Below, in pieces: positions 51,263 through 64,000 of a stretch of 64,000 bases of DNA; positions within the stretch are counted from its first letter, which is position 1, and every line of letters starts with the position of its first letter. The position numbers were made by a program, and so were the translations under genes. This stretch comes from Epiperipatus broadwayi (Eukaryota > Animalia > Onychophora). The stretch lies in assembly GCA_028023455.1 (NCBI GenBank), contig JAQFVV010000007.1, positions 9,548,001-9,612,000 on the forward strand, given 5' to 3'. The notes under the pieces are model-generated. The model worked only from the letters and a program-made list of their open reading frames with translations, was not told the origin of the DNA and did not search any database.

Positions 51263-53150
51263 TGTGACAGTCAGATGATGTACGTTGGTTTAACCCAGTT
51301 CGAATACTAGGCGAAAGTACCTCGAGGCCACCCATACGCGAGATATTAAATCAAGAATACTATGACCGCTGCCCATTCGCCTATTCTCGAGGCCTGATCA
51401 CAAACAAACAACACTATCTGAGCCATGCATAAATTATTTTTCAACCGGCGACAGCTTAGCATCAGCGGAAAGAAACATGGACAGGAAACTTACGGAACTA
51501 AATGGTTAAATGTGCAAAAGTACTAAGAAATATGTGTTTTGCGTGCCTGGATCATTAGAAAAGTAAAATAAAGCATTATAATAAAATTAGGAAACTCAAG
51601 CTTTTGATAGTTAAATAATATGTTTAATTAATGGCTTTAAAATATGAATATTGATTTAATGGCCTCCGCTATTCCTCTAAATTAATGAAACAAACTAATT
51701 AGACAATAAAAATGGATTAATAGGTTTGCGGTCTAAATCTTTTCCCAATTTTAATAAAATTGTCAACTCGATCTTCTCGATAAAGTACAATAAAAAAAAG
51801 GATCTTTCGCAAAGCATTTCTAATTGCTTCGCGCTAAAAACAGTTTAAAATTATTTAAGACGTATATAGCTAAATCAGATATATGTAATAAGCTAGTGGC
51901 GGACAAAAGAGGCGTTATCGAGGAGATCAAGTTGGCAAACAAAAGAAACTGACTCGTATTTAATTAACAAACACAAATAAAATTGGAAAGAGATTTTACT
52001 TGAACAAAAATTAACTTTTAAACTTAACCGCAATGGAATACTAAATATTTACACATGTTAGTAATGAAGAATAGCGAAGGGAAAAGGTTAAATATAGATA
52101 GATGATCACACAATATATATAATTAAGACTAGTCTAATAAAAATGGTTACATCAACAAATACATATAATTCAATGAAGCAATTAAAAAAATATGAACAAA
52201 AGGTAGCATAAGAAATAGTTCAATAGAGGAGATACGATTACCGTCCTTTTTTTCCTTGGTCATGTTCCCTCCGGCGTTCGTGGCTTGATCTGACCGTCGA
52301 TAGGGATTTGTCCGGACAATGAAAATATGTAGTATGGTTTCACGAAAAGTTCTCCAGACACGGCACAGAGTTCAGATGACTATTGAGTGGATACTATGGC
52401 ATTTTGGATGGTATTCAGGAACCTCGGCGATAGGCAAAGCTATTTATTTGCCTAGCCAAGCATATTCATTTCCCTCAAAATACTGTTGCTTTTAACTTGA
52501 GCATGTTCAAACCTCTCCATGATTTTGAAGATGGCAGTTGTCTACTTTTTTTAAATAAAATCTCCACAAGCAAAATCTGAAAAAGTTCTCCAAAGAGAAA
52601 TCTGAATGCCAGCAAGAAAACTTTGAATGAATCACCTTCAAAAGGAAAATCTGAATAAATGAATCCTTCAAAGGGAAAATCTGAATACTGAATCCTTCCA
52701 AAGGAAAAATCTGACTCCTTCAAAAAGAAAAATCTGAATCCTTCAAAAAGAAAAATCCGAATAAACTAGTCTTTTGTTCTCACTTCTATTTATATCCTCT
52801 CTGTCAGCTACCTTCTATTGTTTGTATGATCTGAGATCTTGATAAGCCTCCCCATGCTCCTTTGTTTCAAAATAACATTTTCTAAAAATAACTTTTACTT
52901 TTTTACTCTAGATTTCTTTCTTTAAAGTTTGAATTCTATTAATTAAAAAGAAAGAAAGAGAAGGCCATCTTTAATTAGACTTGAATGGCTCACTAATCAA
53001 AACTATACATTCTTTTAGAAAATGTTGGCGGGCTTATCTCAAAATCAAATCATACTAAATATTTTAACAAAATTTTAACAACAATATATTATTATTTTTT
53101 TATAGTAGAATAAGCATTTTATTTCAGCAGAATTTTGCATTAACTCATAT
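51263..53150 (-). mobile_element. Long solo LTR (ATAT-targeted group) with an internal minisatellite
   Basis: ATAT|TGTGACAG at 51263; minus-strand TATA gaTATAAATag at ~52790 in the same context as ~6955; CpG-retaining. Right boundary is approximate. Confidence 0.55.
52570..52770. repeat. Minisatellite of 19-30-bp units (aaaatctgaat..ccttcaaaaag)
   Basis: About six visible degenerate units inside the LTR. Confidence 0.8.
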
Positions 53151-53399
53151 ATATACGCTAGATGTATATATATGTTTGACTAATAGGTTAAGCAATTTTT
53201 ATTAATAGAATGAAATTTATTTAAAACAAAATATTTAAATGTAATACACATTTGATAAGCATAATTATTTTTAACTCTAATGCAAAACCCTGCTGATATT
53301 GAACTATAAACTTAATTCAGGTCTACAATACTAATTAAGTTTATAGGAAGATGTGAAGCATGGATCGGGCTTCAGATCCATTGCTTCAATATCTTACAC

Positions 53400-54600
53400 A
53401 TTCACACCTAGTTTTGTGCATCACCATTTTCAACAATTATCAGTCCACTGCAGAATAAAGGTCTCTTCAAATTAAAACCAGTTTTTCCAACTTCTAGATT
53501 TATCTTTTCCTCACTATTCCAGCACATTTCCTTTATTTCATTCATCAATCTCATGTGATTTCTTTCTAGGTCTTTTACAATCTCTTGGAATCCCATTTAA
53601 GATTTCAATTTTCCATCTATTTATCATTTCTTCTAACAATATATCAAGTCCAACTCCATTTCAGTCTCTTAATTTAATGATGTCAGTAACACCTGTTTGT
53701 TATCTCAAACATGTATTTTGTTTTCTATCCCTTTTTATTACTCTGAACATATATCTCTCCATACTTCATTGACTGATCTGAAACCCCTCTATTAAATGTT
53801 CAAGTCTCAGATTCAAAAGCAAAAACTGGTAAAACATAATTAGGATTTTTTTTTTTTCAAACACATAGGCATAATTGCTTTTAATATTAGGTTATTTCTA
53901 TCAACCAATAAAGTTTAATTCTAAGATTAATTTCACCCATTACATACATTTCCATCTTAGGAATTATTCTAATTCATTATTATCAATCTTTATTTTCATT
54001 TTTTTAAAAAAAAATATCCACCAAGCATTACTTTAGTCTTTTTAACATTTACCTTTAGTCCTATTTTCATCTGATAACTCTTGCAACATTTTCTGAAGCT
54101 CTGAACCATTATTTGTAAAATATCATCTGAGAAATCCAGATAATTTAAATACTCTACATTTACTTCTGTAATTTCTTATTTTATTCCACAAATATTTCTT
54201 GTAAAACTGCTATACAAAGTTTTAGAAATATGGAGTCTCCTATTATATACCCATCTCAATATTAATTTTCCTGGTATTATTATGCAGTCTAATCACTGCT
54301 GATGCACTTTTATAAATATTCTTCAGAATACGACAATATCATGGGTCTATACCTTAATGATCCAATGCTTTAATCACCGAAGAAATGCTTATATCTTGAT
54401 GATCCAATTCTTTAATCACTGAAGAAATGCTTATAGAATCAAATGCCTTTTTTCATAATCTACAAATCCAAGTCATAATTGTAATTCCTACTCATTGGTT
54501 CTTTCTATAATTTCTCTCAATACTTGGATAACTGTACTAAAACCACTTTTAAATCCAGCTTATTCTTATGGGTGGTTAAAATCCAAAGTTTACTGTAGAT
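53400..54600 (-). mobile_element. Decayed RTE-like LINE RT fragment
   Basis: Minus strand: VLREIIERTNE; FVDYEK.AFDSI; SDDI (YADD-like); small tandem duplication at 54355-54440. Confidence 0.65.
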
Positions 54601-57030
54601 GAGTTGTAATTATCTTGATAAAAATTTTGTATCTACGCTGATGAAAGATCGATATAGGTCTTTACTTTCTAATCATTTCGTTTAAATATTAATACAGCAT
54701 ATTATGCATATATGAAAGTTAATAAATAAATAAAAAGAAACAGTACAATTTATATATTTCAAAACATTTTATATAAATAATATAAATACTACAAATTCTA
54801 AATGTAAATATTAGATATGTATTTCGAAATGATTTTTGCACTGAAGTTTTGTTAACATAAATAAATATTGAATAAAAAAAAAGATTTTTATTATTATTTT
54901 ATCTCTATTTATTATTAGTCAGACATTTCAGTGAGTTGCAGTAGTAACAACTAGCAATTTCAACTTAATAAATTTCACAAAACACCATAGCTGTAGTTTT
55001 AAAATGTGACAAAATAATTTTGTAGATTAAGCTGCATATTTGTAAAATCAATTATGCCCCCTCCCTACCTTTTCAAACACTAAAGCCAAACTTAAATGTT
55101 TTATATCTAATAAAATCCTGAAACTAATAAATAACAAAAGTTATATAAATAGTTAGAAGTATCAAAATAAATTGATTGTAATTTATTTTTTTCTTATAAA
55201 TTTTTCTTCTTCTTTATAACTACTGTAAAATACAAATGATTAGAAAACACAAATATCATTTAACGAAAAATAAACTAAATCGGCTAATAAAATTAACTTT
55301 CCTCATTTCTAAACGTTTTGTAAATTCTATTTATTCTAAAATGACACATACAAAAAAAGTCGGTTATTGTTTAAAGTAAAAAAAACCCAACTATATATTT
55401 AATCTATATATATTTAAAAAGACCCCCTTCCCCCCAATAATTTTAATATTAGCACCAAATTGTAAATTACTCATTTATGTTTAAAAAATACCCTGAGCAC
55501 AATTTCCTTTTAAATTTTATCATATTTTTAAAAATGTAATCAATCTATCTCGTTTTCTTCTTCAACGCATCAACGTTTGACAAATAATAGAAACAACTTT
55601 TAATTATATCTCTTTTTCCTCTTATATAATAAATTCAAATAGTAAAAAAACAACAACCATTCTCAAAAGACGTAGTGGTAAACTAAAAAGATGGTTATCA
55701 CAAATACCAAAATGTTATAACAAAAATATTTAACGTTTGTTTACATAGTTTATTAGAAATTTGATATTAATAAAATCCAATTTGCTATATATTTTTTACG
55801 AGTTTTTAAAATAAAGTTTTGCTAAACTAACTATGTTGAATAATGTTTTATATTTCCAGCATTCATGGATGTTCTTCCCATGTGTAAATGAAATATATAT
55901 ATCACCCCCTCCCCTCTTAGATTGAAAAAAAAAAAAGACTGTCAATTAGTTTAATAAGTTTTAAATGGGTCAAAACCACGTATCTTTCACAGAGTTATAA
56001 AGATAGCATGCAAACATCGTACATTTAAAACTATTCTTTAGTAACAATTGTATTCTTTTTTATTATTATGGTTTGGGTTTGGACAAGGTGGAAAAACAAA
56101 CTAAATGACAAAAAATAAATGAAACTCAAAATCTCAATGACGGCCATTTTTTAAACAATGTTTTTATAATGTTAAAAACTTATTATTTTTCCCCTTCATT
56201 TCAGTAATTACATTTATTACAGTTTGATTTACAAACGTCAAATTGTTTCATTTATATATATTAAAATGGGTTTGACATTTAACCCATTATTTACGGTATG
56301 CACGCTTAAATAATAATGATTACTGTCACTAAGTTTGATGGAATGTAATTACTTCCGACAAAATAGTACAGAGAAAAAGTTCTTAGACTAACTTCCATAA
56401 TCTAAGATTTGGATTAGACCGATTCTAAAGGTGTCTGACCCTTTTAACGTAATATATAAATAGTCACATATAAAATAATACCCAAGTGGTTATTAAATAA
56501 ATTACTAATAGATATTTTGTTCTAACAATAAATTATTTAAAAAAAAAAAAAAATTCTGACTACTAAAAAAACACACCCTATAATGGAATGAATATGTTTT
56601 GGAAATGTCTAAATATGGATGTATAAATAAATATTTTTTTGTTTGTTTTATATAGATTGTATCTTACATAAATTTTGTTTTTAATTCTTTATGTATATAT
56701 ACAGTATATATGTATAAAGAATTTTCCATTAGGCACTTCTAAATATTGCCCCCCCCCCCAATCTCACATCGTTAATAAGAATGAGGTTCATACTAGACCT
56801 TAAAAGTTGATAATTTTTTTTTAGAAGTACTGTCTTTCAAAAATAGTAATTTGATAAAAGATAAGTATTTAGAAAGAAATGTACGTCTCCCCAGTTAATG
56901 AGCTTTGCTTTATATCTGGGTTGAAATGCACGGTTAGTTGCAGTGGACTATCTAATAGTTCAACAGTTAGTCAGAGGAAGTATATTTTACGATTTGCTAC
57001 TGTACAAAATACCATAATGGGAAGAAACAA

Positions 57031-57292
57031 TCACATATGTTTAACAGTGTGAAAAAGCCAATCTAGTTTAGTGGTCCATGCTCCTCCATATGCTTCGTAG
57101 AACTGATTCTGAAAATATTGCAGAGCCTCTTCATCAGTTTTTTCAACAGCTAATGTCTTACGCAGGTATCCAATGTCGTCAATGGATTGTAATTCTGGGA
57201 TTCCAGTAGAGAGCATCATTGTAAAGAGGGTAATCAAAAGGTTAGCGTGCTTGCGTAGACACAGATAAGCTTTTCCACACAATTCTTGGAAG
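57031..57292 (-). CDS. PIK3CA: Terminal coding exon of class I phosphatidylinositol 3-kinase catalytic subunit (p110 alpha-like)
   Basis: Acceptor tttttTAG|C TTC CAA GAA...; [86 protein letters not shown] aligns without gaps to the human PIK3CA C-terminus. The phase-2 intron is at the position I recall for the human last exon. No upstream exon was found in 57293-64000. Confidence 0.93.
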
Positions 57293-58119
57293 CTAAAAAA
57301 TAAAAACAATAAACCAATCAGTAAAAAAGCATCAGTTTCAATTAGGGAATAAAATATGAATCTTTATCCTAACTTATCTATGATAGCCATTTCTATAAAA
57401 CAATTAAATTTAAATTGCATAGAGTGCTACAAAGTAGTAAGAAAAAAAAATTCCATTTGTGCAAAACATCAACAATAAGTTAAAAAAAACATTTATAACA
57501 TTATGAATAATCCACACCTAAGCTTGTATTTTTTTAAAACAATATAATCAAAACTTGTATGTATGCAAGAGTATTTTGAACTAATGAAATTTTATGTGCA
57601 CATTTCATGTCATTTTATTTTTTGTCTTGACACAAAAGTTTCATTATTCAGCAAAGAAATCTTTTATAATACCATTAAGAGGCATAAACACAATAGTCTT
57701 TTAATTTTTATTCTTAAAAAAAAAAACCTACAACGTTTCTTTTAGCACTAAATGTAAACCAAATTATATTTTTATTAGAGTTCTTATCTGGTAAAGTAAA
57801 CCTATAATCAAATAAACCAAAATATTTGACATCAAAGAAATGATAGCCAAAGATTAAATAATAAAAGGATTAATTGTTTGGGATATCACAGAATATTTGA
57901 GTACCAAAAAGACAGTTGAGTTTTGATTCAGGTATCTTTGGCAAATTTGAGACCATCACTATTATTGGGCTAAACTGTAAAGGACAGTCAGTGATTAAAA
58001 ACAGGAACAAGAAAAAATTGAAAAAAGATATTTATTAAAACAAAATATGCATTAAGCAGAAAAAACCATTTCCGAAAATAGCTTTTTTTTTTTTTAAAGG
58101 AAAACGACGTAATGTAAAA

Positions 58120-58720
58120 ATATTTATTTTTAATACTATTTCATTGGAAAAATTGTAAATCGGCTGTTATTTTGGTAAGGATGGAGTTAGCATTGAGAAT
58201 AAGAGATTTACATAGAACTGATGAAAAATTTGTAGAAAGTTTGGAATGAGAATAAATGGAAATTAAACCAAATCAAAAGCAATTATATGCAGTAAAAGTT
58301 AATGAACAGGTGAATATTTTTAAATACTGTATTTGGAGTTGGTTAAACTAAAAATGGCAGCAGATAAAAGGTTACAGAAGGACAAGAGATCTTTACAAAG
58401 AACAGTATTTTTCTAGGACCCATTGAAAGTATATTTTTAAAAAATCATTTGTTAAATAATTGGGACTTGAGAAAAGAAAATGCAAAGCTTTAGAAATGTG
58501 AATTCAGTAAATATAAAGGAAAAATTTGAAAAAATAATACTAGCAATATAAAAATCCTAAAAAGCAAAAAAAAAAAAATGAAGAGGAAATGAATTGGTCA
58601 TGTTCTCACATATGGGATAAAAAATATAATGGCAAAAATGATAGCAAAGAAAACAATAGGCTGACTGTTTTACATAGAGAAATAGTTAGTATCATGTGAT
58701 GTTGATATAATTGCAGTTAG
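58120..58720 (+). mobile_element. Decayed RTE-like LINE fragment
   Basis: Remnants resembling G.RIN..K.K.M and RKWIGHVL (gaggaaatgaattggtcatgttctc). Confidence 0.4.
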
Positions 58721-59689
58721 CAGAAGGCTTTTCTAAAATATTAATGACATAATATAATGCCAGTTAAATTTAAACTGTGAAGACTGGAAATCAAGTTACT
58801 AAAAACAGGGAGTTCAATCCATTTTCCACTTCACAGTTCTATGATGAAATAATCAATGAAAAAAATTACAAGATCAATTAATGGTCAAGTGGTGAGATAT
58901 TTAGCAATTTATCTTTCATAGTTTATCTAAGAATACTTAGACATTTATTTATCAAATAGTAATTGATGTTCAGGTTAGTTGGTCATCTAGTACACCAGAT
59001 AAGATTGCTTTGGAAATTAACAATATCATTTGTAAACAACAACAACAACCCAAAAACAAAATTATAAAATAGTTTAAAATTTAAAACACTTAGAACTAGG
59101 ATATTAATGATGTGATGTCATGACTTAACAAAGGGTTAATAACAAACATTAAATCAATTTAAATGATTCATAGCATAATTCTTGCATATATATTTGAGGG
59201 AATGAACATCAATAGCTTATATATTTATTCCTAAATTGCTAATCTAGATTCAAACCTCAGGTCATAGTCAAGGAAAATAGATGGAGCTACAGGAGGAGGC
59301 CATGATTTACAAATATACACACCACTTAAACAACATTAAGCACATGAAAATGATTTGAATGCCTATTAGAATTTATAAATAGAGTAAGGAAAAAAAAAGC
59401 TTTAATTCATAAACAATTAAAAAAAAAAAAAGAATAATGAAATCACTTCTCTTATGCACTGCATATAATGCAACATTTTATTTTTCATATTTGCAAAAAG
59501 CTTACAGTTTTGACAATCTTCTTTAGAGCTATTAGATCAGTAGCATAGAAGTTGAACTAGGTTTTCATTTAATAAACTCAAATTGATCGAGACTGTTAAA
59601 TAGTTTGACAATACATTGTATATCAGCTTGACAATTCATTGAGACGTGGAGTACGATTTCATTTATAAAGATGTAAATTAAATGTAATT

Positions 59690-60460
59690 CTACACTAACT
59701 ACAGAAATGAGTGAGTCTTTCGCAGAGTTTCTCATAGTGAATTAGATTGTTGCAAGGATTTAGGAATTCTGTTCCATAACTGTAATATCTTAAAAATTCA
59801 AATAAAAGTACAGTACCAATAACTGAAGTAATATAACAGATCGGTGTTTTATCTCTAAATAGAGACTTGTCACTGGCTAAATACAATCAATCAATTAATG
59901 AAATTCAATACTATAAGTTTAACACAATCTTAACAATTATTTCCAAGGCTGTGATGGATAAAATCAAGATATAATTGAAAATACCTAATACAATCATGCT
60001 AAACTATATAACTTGTGTTTTCTAGTAGTGATCTGCCTTTATTTACAATACTCTACTTAAAGACGAAATGTAGTTTGAATGAAGAATTCACATTATAACT
60101 TTTTCAGTTAGAAATGCAGGCCTCTTATTTAAATTTAGATATAGTAATTGTTGATTTCTTGTTATTTTAATGTTACTAACATTATTTCTAGATATATAAC
60201 TTATTATTTGAATTTAAACAGATCTGGTAAGGGATTACTTTTACAATATAACACAGCCTTATAATAATCAAATGGTTTTCTTGCTTTGGACTATAATAAA
60301 AAAAAATCTGAGGATCCTTAATCTCAAATATAGCCCTCTCACTGCCCAAACTGACTTGATTAAAATTAAATAAAAATCTATGACTGATAAAATCAAGCCA
60401 TATTTTGAAAGTAAATATGATTGTGCTAACCTTTCGTATATTACACGTCATCAATTACAA
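59690..60460 (-). mobile_element. L2/CR1-like LINE 3' fragment
   Basis: LWNRIPKSLQQSNSL..TLRKTHSFL resembles the LWN.LP......SL..FK..LKT.LF C-terminus. Confidence 0.45.
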
Positions 60461-63379
60461 TTTTTCATTTAGTAATGAAATATAAGTCACAGTTAATGTC
60501 ATTAGCAAATGTATATCATAAAAAGTTAATTTACAACAGATGGAATTACAGTCACCACTGATTTACAATTACTCATACTAAATTCACAAGCGATAATTAA
60601 TCATTTATCATTAGGTTAGACATTTACTAACAATCAAATATATCTACCACATTAAATAAAGTTGAATGAGTTTCACTCTAAGCACTTATTTTTCTTTCTA
60701 CTTGTGGCACAAATTTCTAACTATGAAAATTACTATAACTTCAAACCCAGTTACAGATAAGTATTGGGAAAAATATTGAGCATATTCTTTTTCTAATACC
60801 TACAACTGTGACTTTCAAATATAAAAACAAAATAATGATTTTTTAGAGATGAAATTAATAATAAAAACATTTTAATTTTGTTTAAAGTATTTGTATCCCA
60901 AATTATAACAAACAAGTAATGTCAAATAAATATACACGGTATTAATTTTTTTGGTGAACCAGTTTCTAGTTAAAAATATCGCATTTGGTACAAGAGGCCC
61001 CTGCCTTTTGGAGATAATCAGTAAAAAAAAATTGCATAACAAACCAAACTAATTAGTTAGTCAAATTGCTAAAAGTTATTAAATTTAAAAACAAGATCGA
61101 TTCCATTATTTATGTAGATATTAAATTTTGCATATAACATTACTTAAATAAAAACAATTTAAATATTTTTTTCTCATTTGTTTCCATATACCAACTGATT
61201 ATAAACATCAATGAAAATTTGATAGGAATTTCTCCACCAGCCAAGAGGATTAGTTAACAGCGCAACTGATAAATATGAAACGAATACATTTTATTAATTG
61301 AAACCCAAGAAGAACTGCTGCTAGGAAAGCAAAAAGATATATTTTTTATCTTCTTGCACGATTCTTCTGGTAAATACTAGTTAAGTTAACAAGCCAGGTA
61401 TTTCCCAAAAGAATAAGAAAAGAGTATTATCTATTCATCTACAAAATTAATTTCCCCCTGCTTTTTCTCCTGAATAAAAGATTGACAATTTATAGCAGAT
61501 TTGAAAACAAATTGTACGCAAAGGATTTTCTTCAAAGTCATTTGATTAAATTATGTGTATATTAATGTGAAACTATATTTACAACAATATTTCAACTACT
61601 ATAGAAACTAAATCTATCAACAGTTAGAAAAATTGATATCTTATTCGTATTAAACACGTACAATTTCTATTTATGTATAAATTTATACACTCTCTAGCCA
61701 AAAATATTTAAGTTATTCTAACTAAATACATTTTGAATGCGTCACATTAAATCAATGAGATTGCCATGGGCAAGTAATTTAAAAGATGTAAGGTTCGAGA
61801 TGATTCATGTGTGCTATAATTAACAAATCGATTACATTCATGTTTCTGCAGGATTGCACCAATCACTATCTGGTTAAAGAATTTTATTTTAAAAATATAG
61901 TATACTATAAGCATCATGTAGAATAGGATTAAAAGTGTATATAATAAAAGTAAAGCAAATTAAAAAAATATGAAGATATATGTGTGATAATACATAAACA
62001 ACTTGACATCAACTTAGTTTCGATGGCCTGCCTGATTTTTCTTTGGTGGTATCATATCTGGATTTTGGTATTAGTAATATCTATATTGTGATAACTATCC
62101 TAGCATCAGAATGCTGATGAATGTTACTTCAACTGTGTCAGCATGCTGTAATGTTTTCTAGCAATAATGTAGCAATTACTCAAAAAGGAGCCATTCCAAA
62201 CATGAGTTCACCAACTCAAGAGGAAACAAGTCATTAAGATTTTAACCGAATGTTATTATTATTTTTTTTGATTTGTAATATAAACAATTTTTATGTCATT
62301 GCACTTCAAAAGGCATCAAATATTGTCTGCATTTATTTTTTAAAATCAGGAACACAAGCTCTAATGCCTATTGATTTTACTTTTTTGTTTTGTTATCATT
62401 TTGGACATAAGCTAAGGTTTTGTAAATAGAAGCCATCAAGTTATTGTTTTCCTGATGGTTTGTGATGATGGTGCTGTAGTTGTATTTTTATAATGAACTA
62501 TTTCCATCATCTAATATGCGTATTGGATGCCTTTAGAAAAAATTAACTTTATTTTAAATATTCCAAATACATTCAACTATTAGTAATAGCACATCAAATA
62601 GGTAAGTATATACACAAACGTTTAGAGGTATTATTTCCCCATCTTCTTCAGGTGTTGCTGGCCTGACCAGTGATAGTACTACCATGGGATAACCTGAATC
62701 CTTTGCTTATATAACATTCCTCTAGGCAGAATTTAGGTGCAAAATAAGCTGCTCTATTAAAGAGTTTTGCTGTGGATGAAAAGTTTAATTATCTTTTCCT
62801 ATGAGTGTGTGTTTTTTCTGAAAAGAAAAAAAAAGTCATTCTATTTTTTGGTGAGGAGCATATTTAAAAATAAAGTTTTCCACCAGTTTAGTTTCCATTG
62901 TGAATTTAATACCAAAAAGGATATCATTTATTGCATCAAAGAGAGAAAAAAATCTTATTTTTACTGTGATGCTAGACAACTTATCATCTATATACCTTAG
63001 GTGGATGATTTTAAACATATATATTTTTTATGTTCTCCATAAACAAATCAGGTAATAAAAAACATTTATTTATAATCTTGCTCACTGTGCATAAAATAAG
63101 TGTCCAGAAGGGAATGTTTAATTAAGATCATTATGCAGATTGCAACAATGTCATCATATTTAAACCTCATCAATCAGAATATGCTTCAATCTTTAATTAT
63201 TTTAAATATAGGTACTGTAGGCTGTATTAGATCCACTACACACTTAGCTAAAGTGAGAATAAGAGATCCATTACTACATATGCTGGAAGCATGATCAGTT
63301 TCATAAATATTTGGTTGTCTGAAGATTTTGGGTTAAGTAGAAAAACTGTTTCCTATTTTATTTTTCTATTTCTTGGTCA

Positions 63380-64000
63380 ATCAGTAATTTATTCATAACA
63401 CCTTCAATAGAATTCTCAAAATAAAAAGTCGGAGATTCCCTAAAAAATAATAATTTCAAAAGAAAAAAAAAGAGTGCATTCAAACAACATAAAATCTAAC
63501 ATTTCTATAATTGTACTTTCAACGGACAAAGGAAATGCTAAAGTTGTCATGGATTGTGACATATAAGGACAATAAAATCCTAGCTCTGTTAAACAATAAT
63601 GCTCATGAAAAAACAAAGATTAGACTACTTATTTTGAGAAAACAAATTTATTATTAGTAAGTCATAAATCTAGAAAAAATTAAAAATCAACATTATTCCT
63701 AGGGAATGCTCCAAATTACTAAAAATATGTAAAAGATACCCACCTCCATCCTATAACGAATATTGTAGGATTAGTGACAAATCAATTGTAATCTATAATT
63801 TCATCATTAAAATTGTACAGTAAAAACTAGACTGATTTTATTTCTACAATTAAAAAATTTAAAGATTGGAACAAATAATACATTGGTAAGCTTCAACATT
63901 GTTTGCAATCTAACTGAAAAAGTTTTAAATATGATTCAATTTGCAGGAATACATTACTATCGCCACAACACATTGCTTTTTGAACACTTATTTCATGCAC
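63380..64000 (+). mobile_element. Decayed Penelope-like RT fragment (runs off the window end)
   Basis: IIVLSTDKGNAKVVMD; KD.HLHPITNIVG; DFI..IK...IG.NNTLVSFNI, all PLE RT N-terminal motifs. Confidence 0.7.

Noticed and set aside
53355-53387. Hairpin gaagcatggatc...gatccattgcttc
   Set aside because: Sits at the edge of a LINE fragment and is most simply a small inversion junction; too short for a miRNA precursor.
54638-54665. CTGATGA plus stem as another hammerhead
   Set aside because: The GAAA half of the core and stem III are absent.
57293-64000. Further PI3K exons
   Set aside because: No minus-strand match to the expected upstream exon (DFGH/KRERVPF region); the segment appears to be intron.

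Overview
Very AT-rich, CpG-depleted animal (invertebrate) genomic DNA, almost all non-coding and full of decayed transposons. The only intact host coding sequence I can support is the last exon of a class I PI3-kinase catalytic subunit (PIK3CA-like, minus strand, 57031-57292). A recently disabled intronless SFR1/MEI5 copy lies at 17574-18127. Directly after it are two related but distinct L1/Tx1-like RT elements fused head-to-tail and bracketed by microsatellites. Penelope-like element (PLE) remnants from at least four families carry minimal type-I hammerhead ribozyme motifs. One short non-coding family occurs as ~200-bp inverted repeats with outward-facing hammerheads (best copy 46758-47224, 13-bp TSD). 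A group of Gypsy-like elements with ~2-2.8 kb LTRs inserts at ATAT; its two-LTR member (7737-12833) has ~99% identical LTR bodies, but inner (PBS/PPT-adjacent) ends that differ from the outer ends. Also present: TA-flanked MITEs, a hAT MITE, RTE/L2/Jockey-like LINE fragments, a retroposed tRNA-Gly and a perfect (TAT)131 tract. All calls come from reading the sequence by eye; no database searches or folding programs were run.
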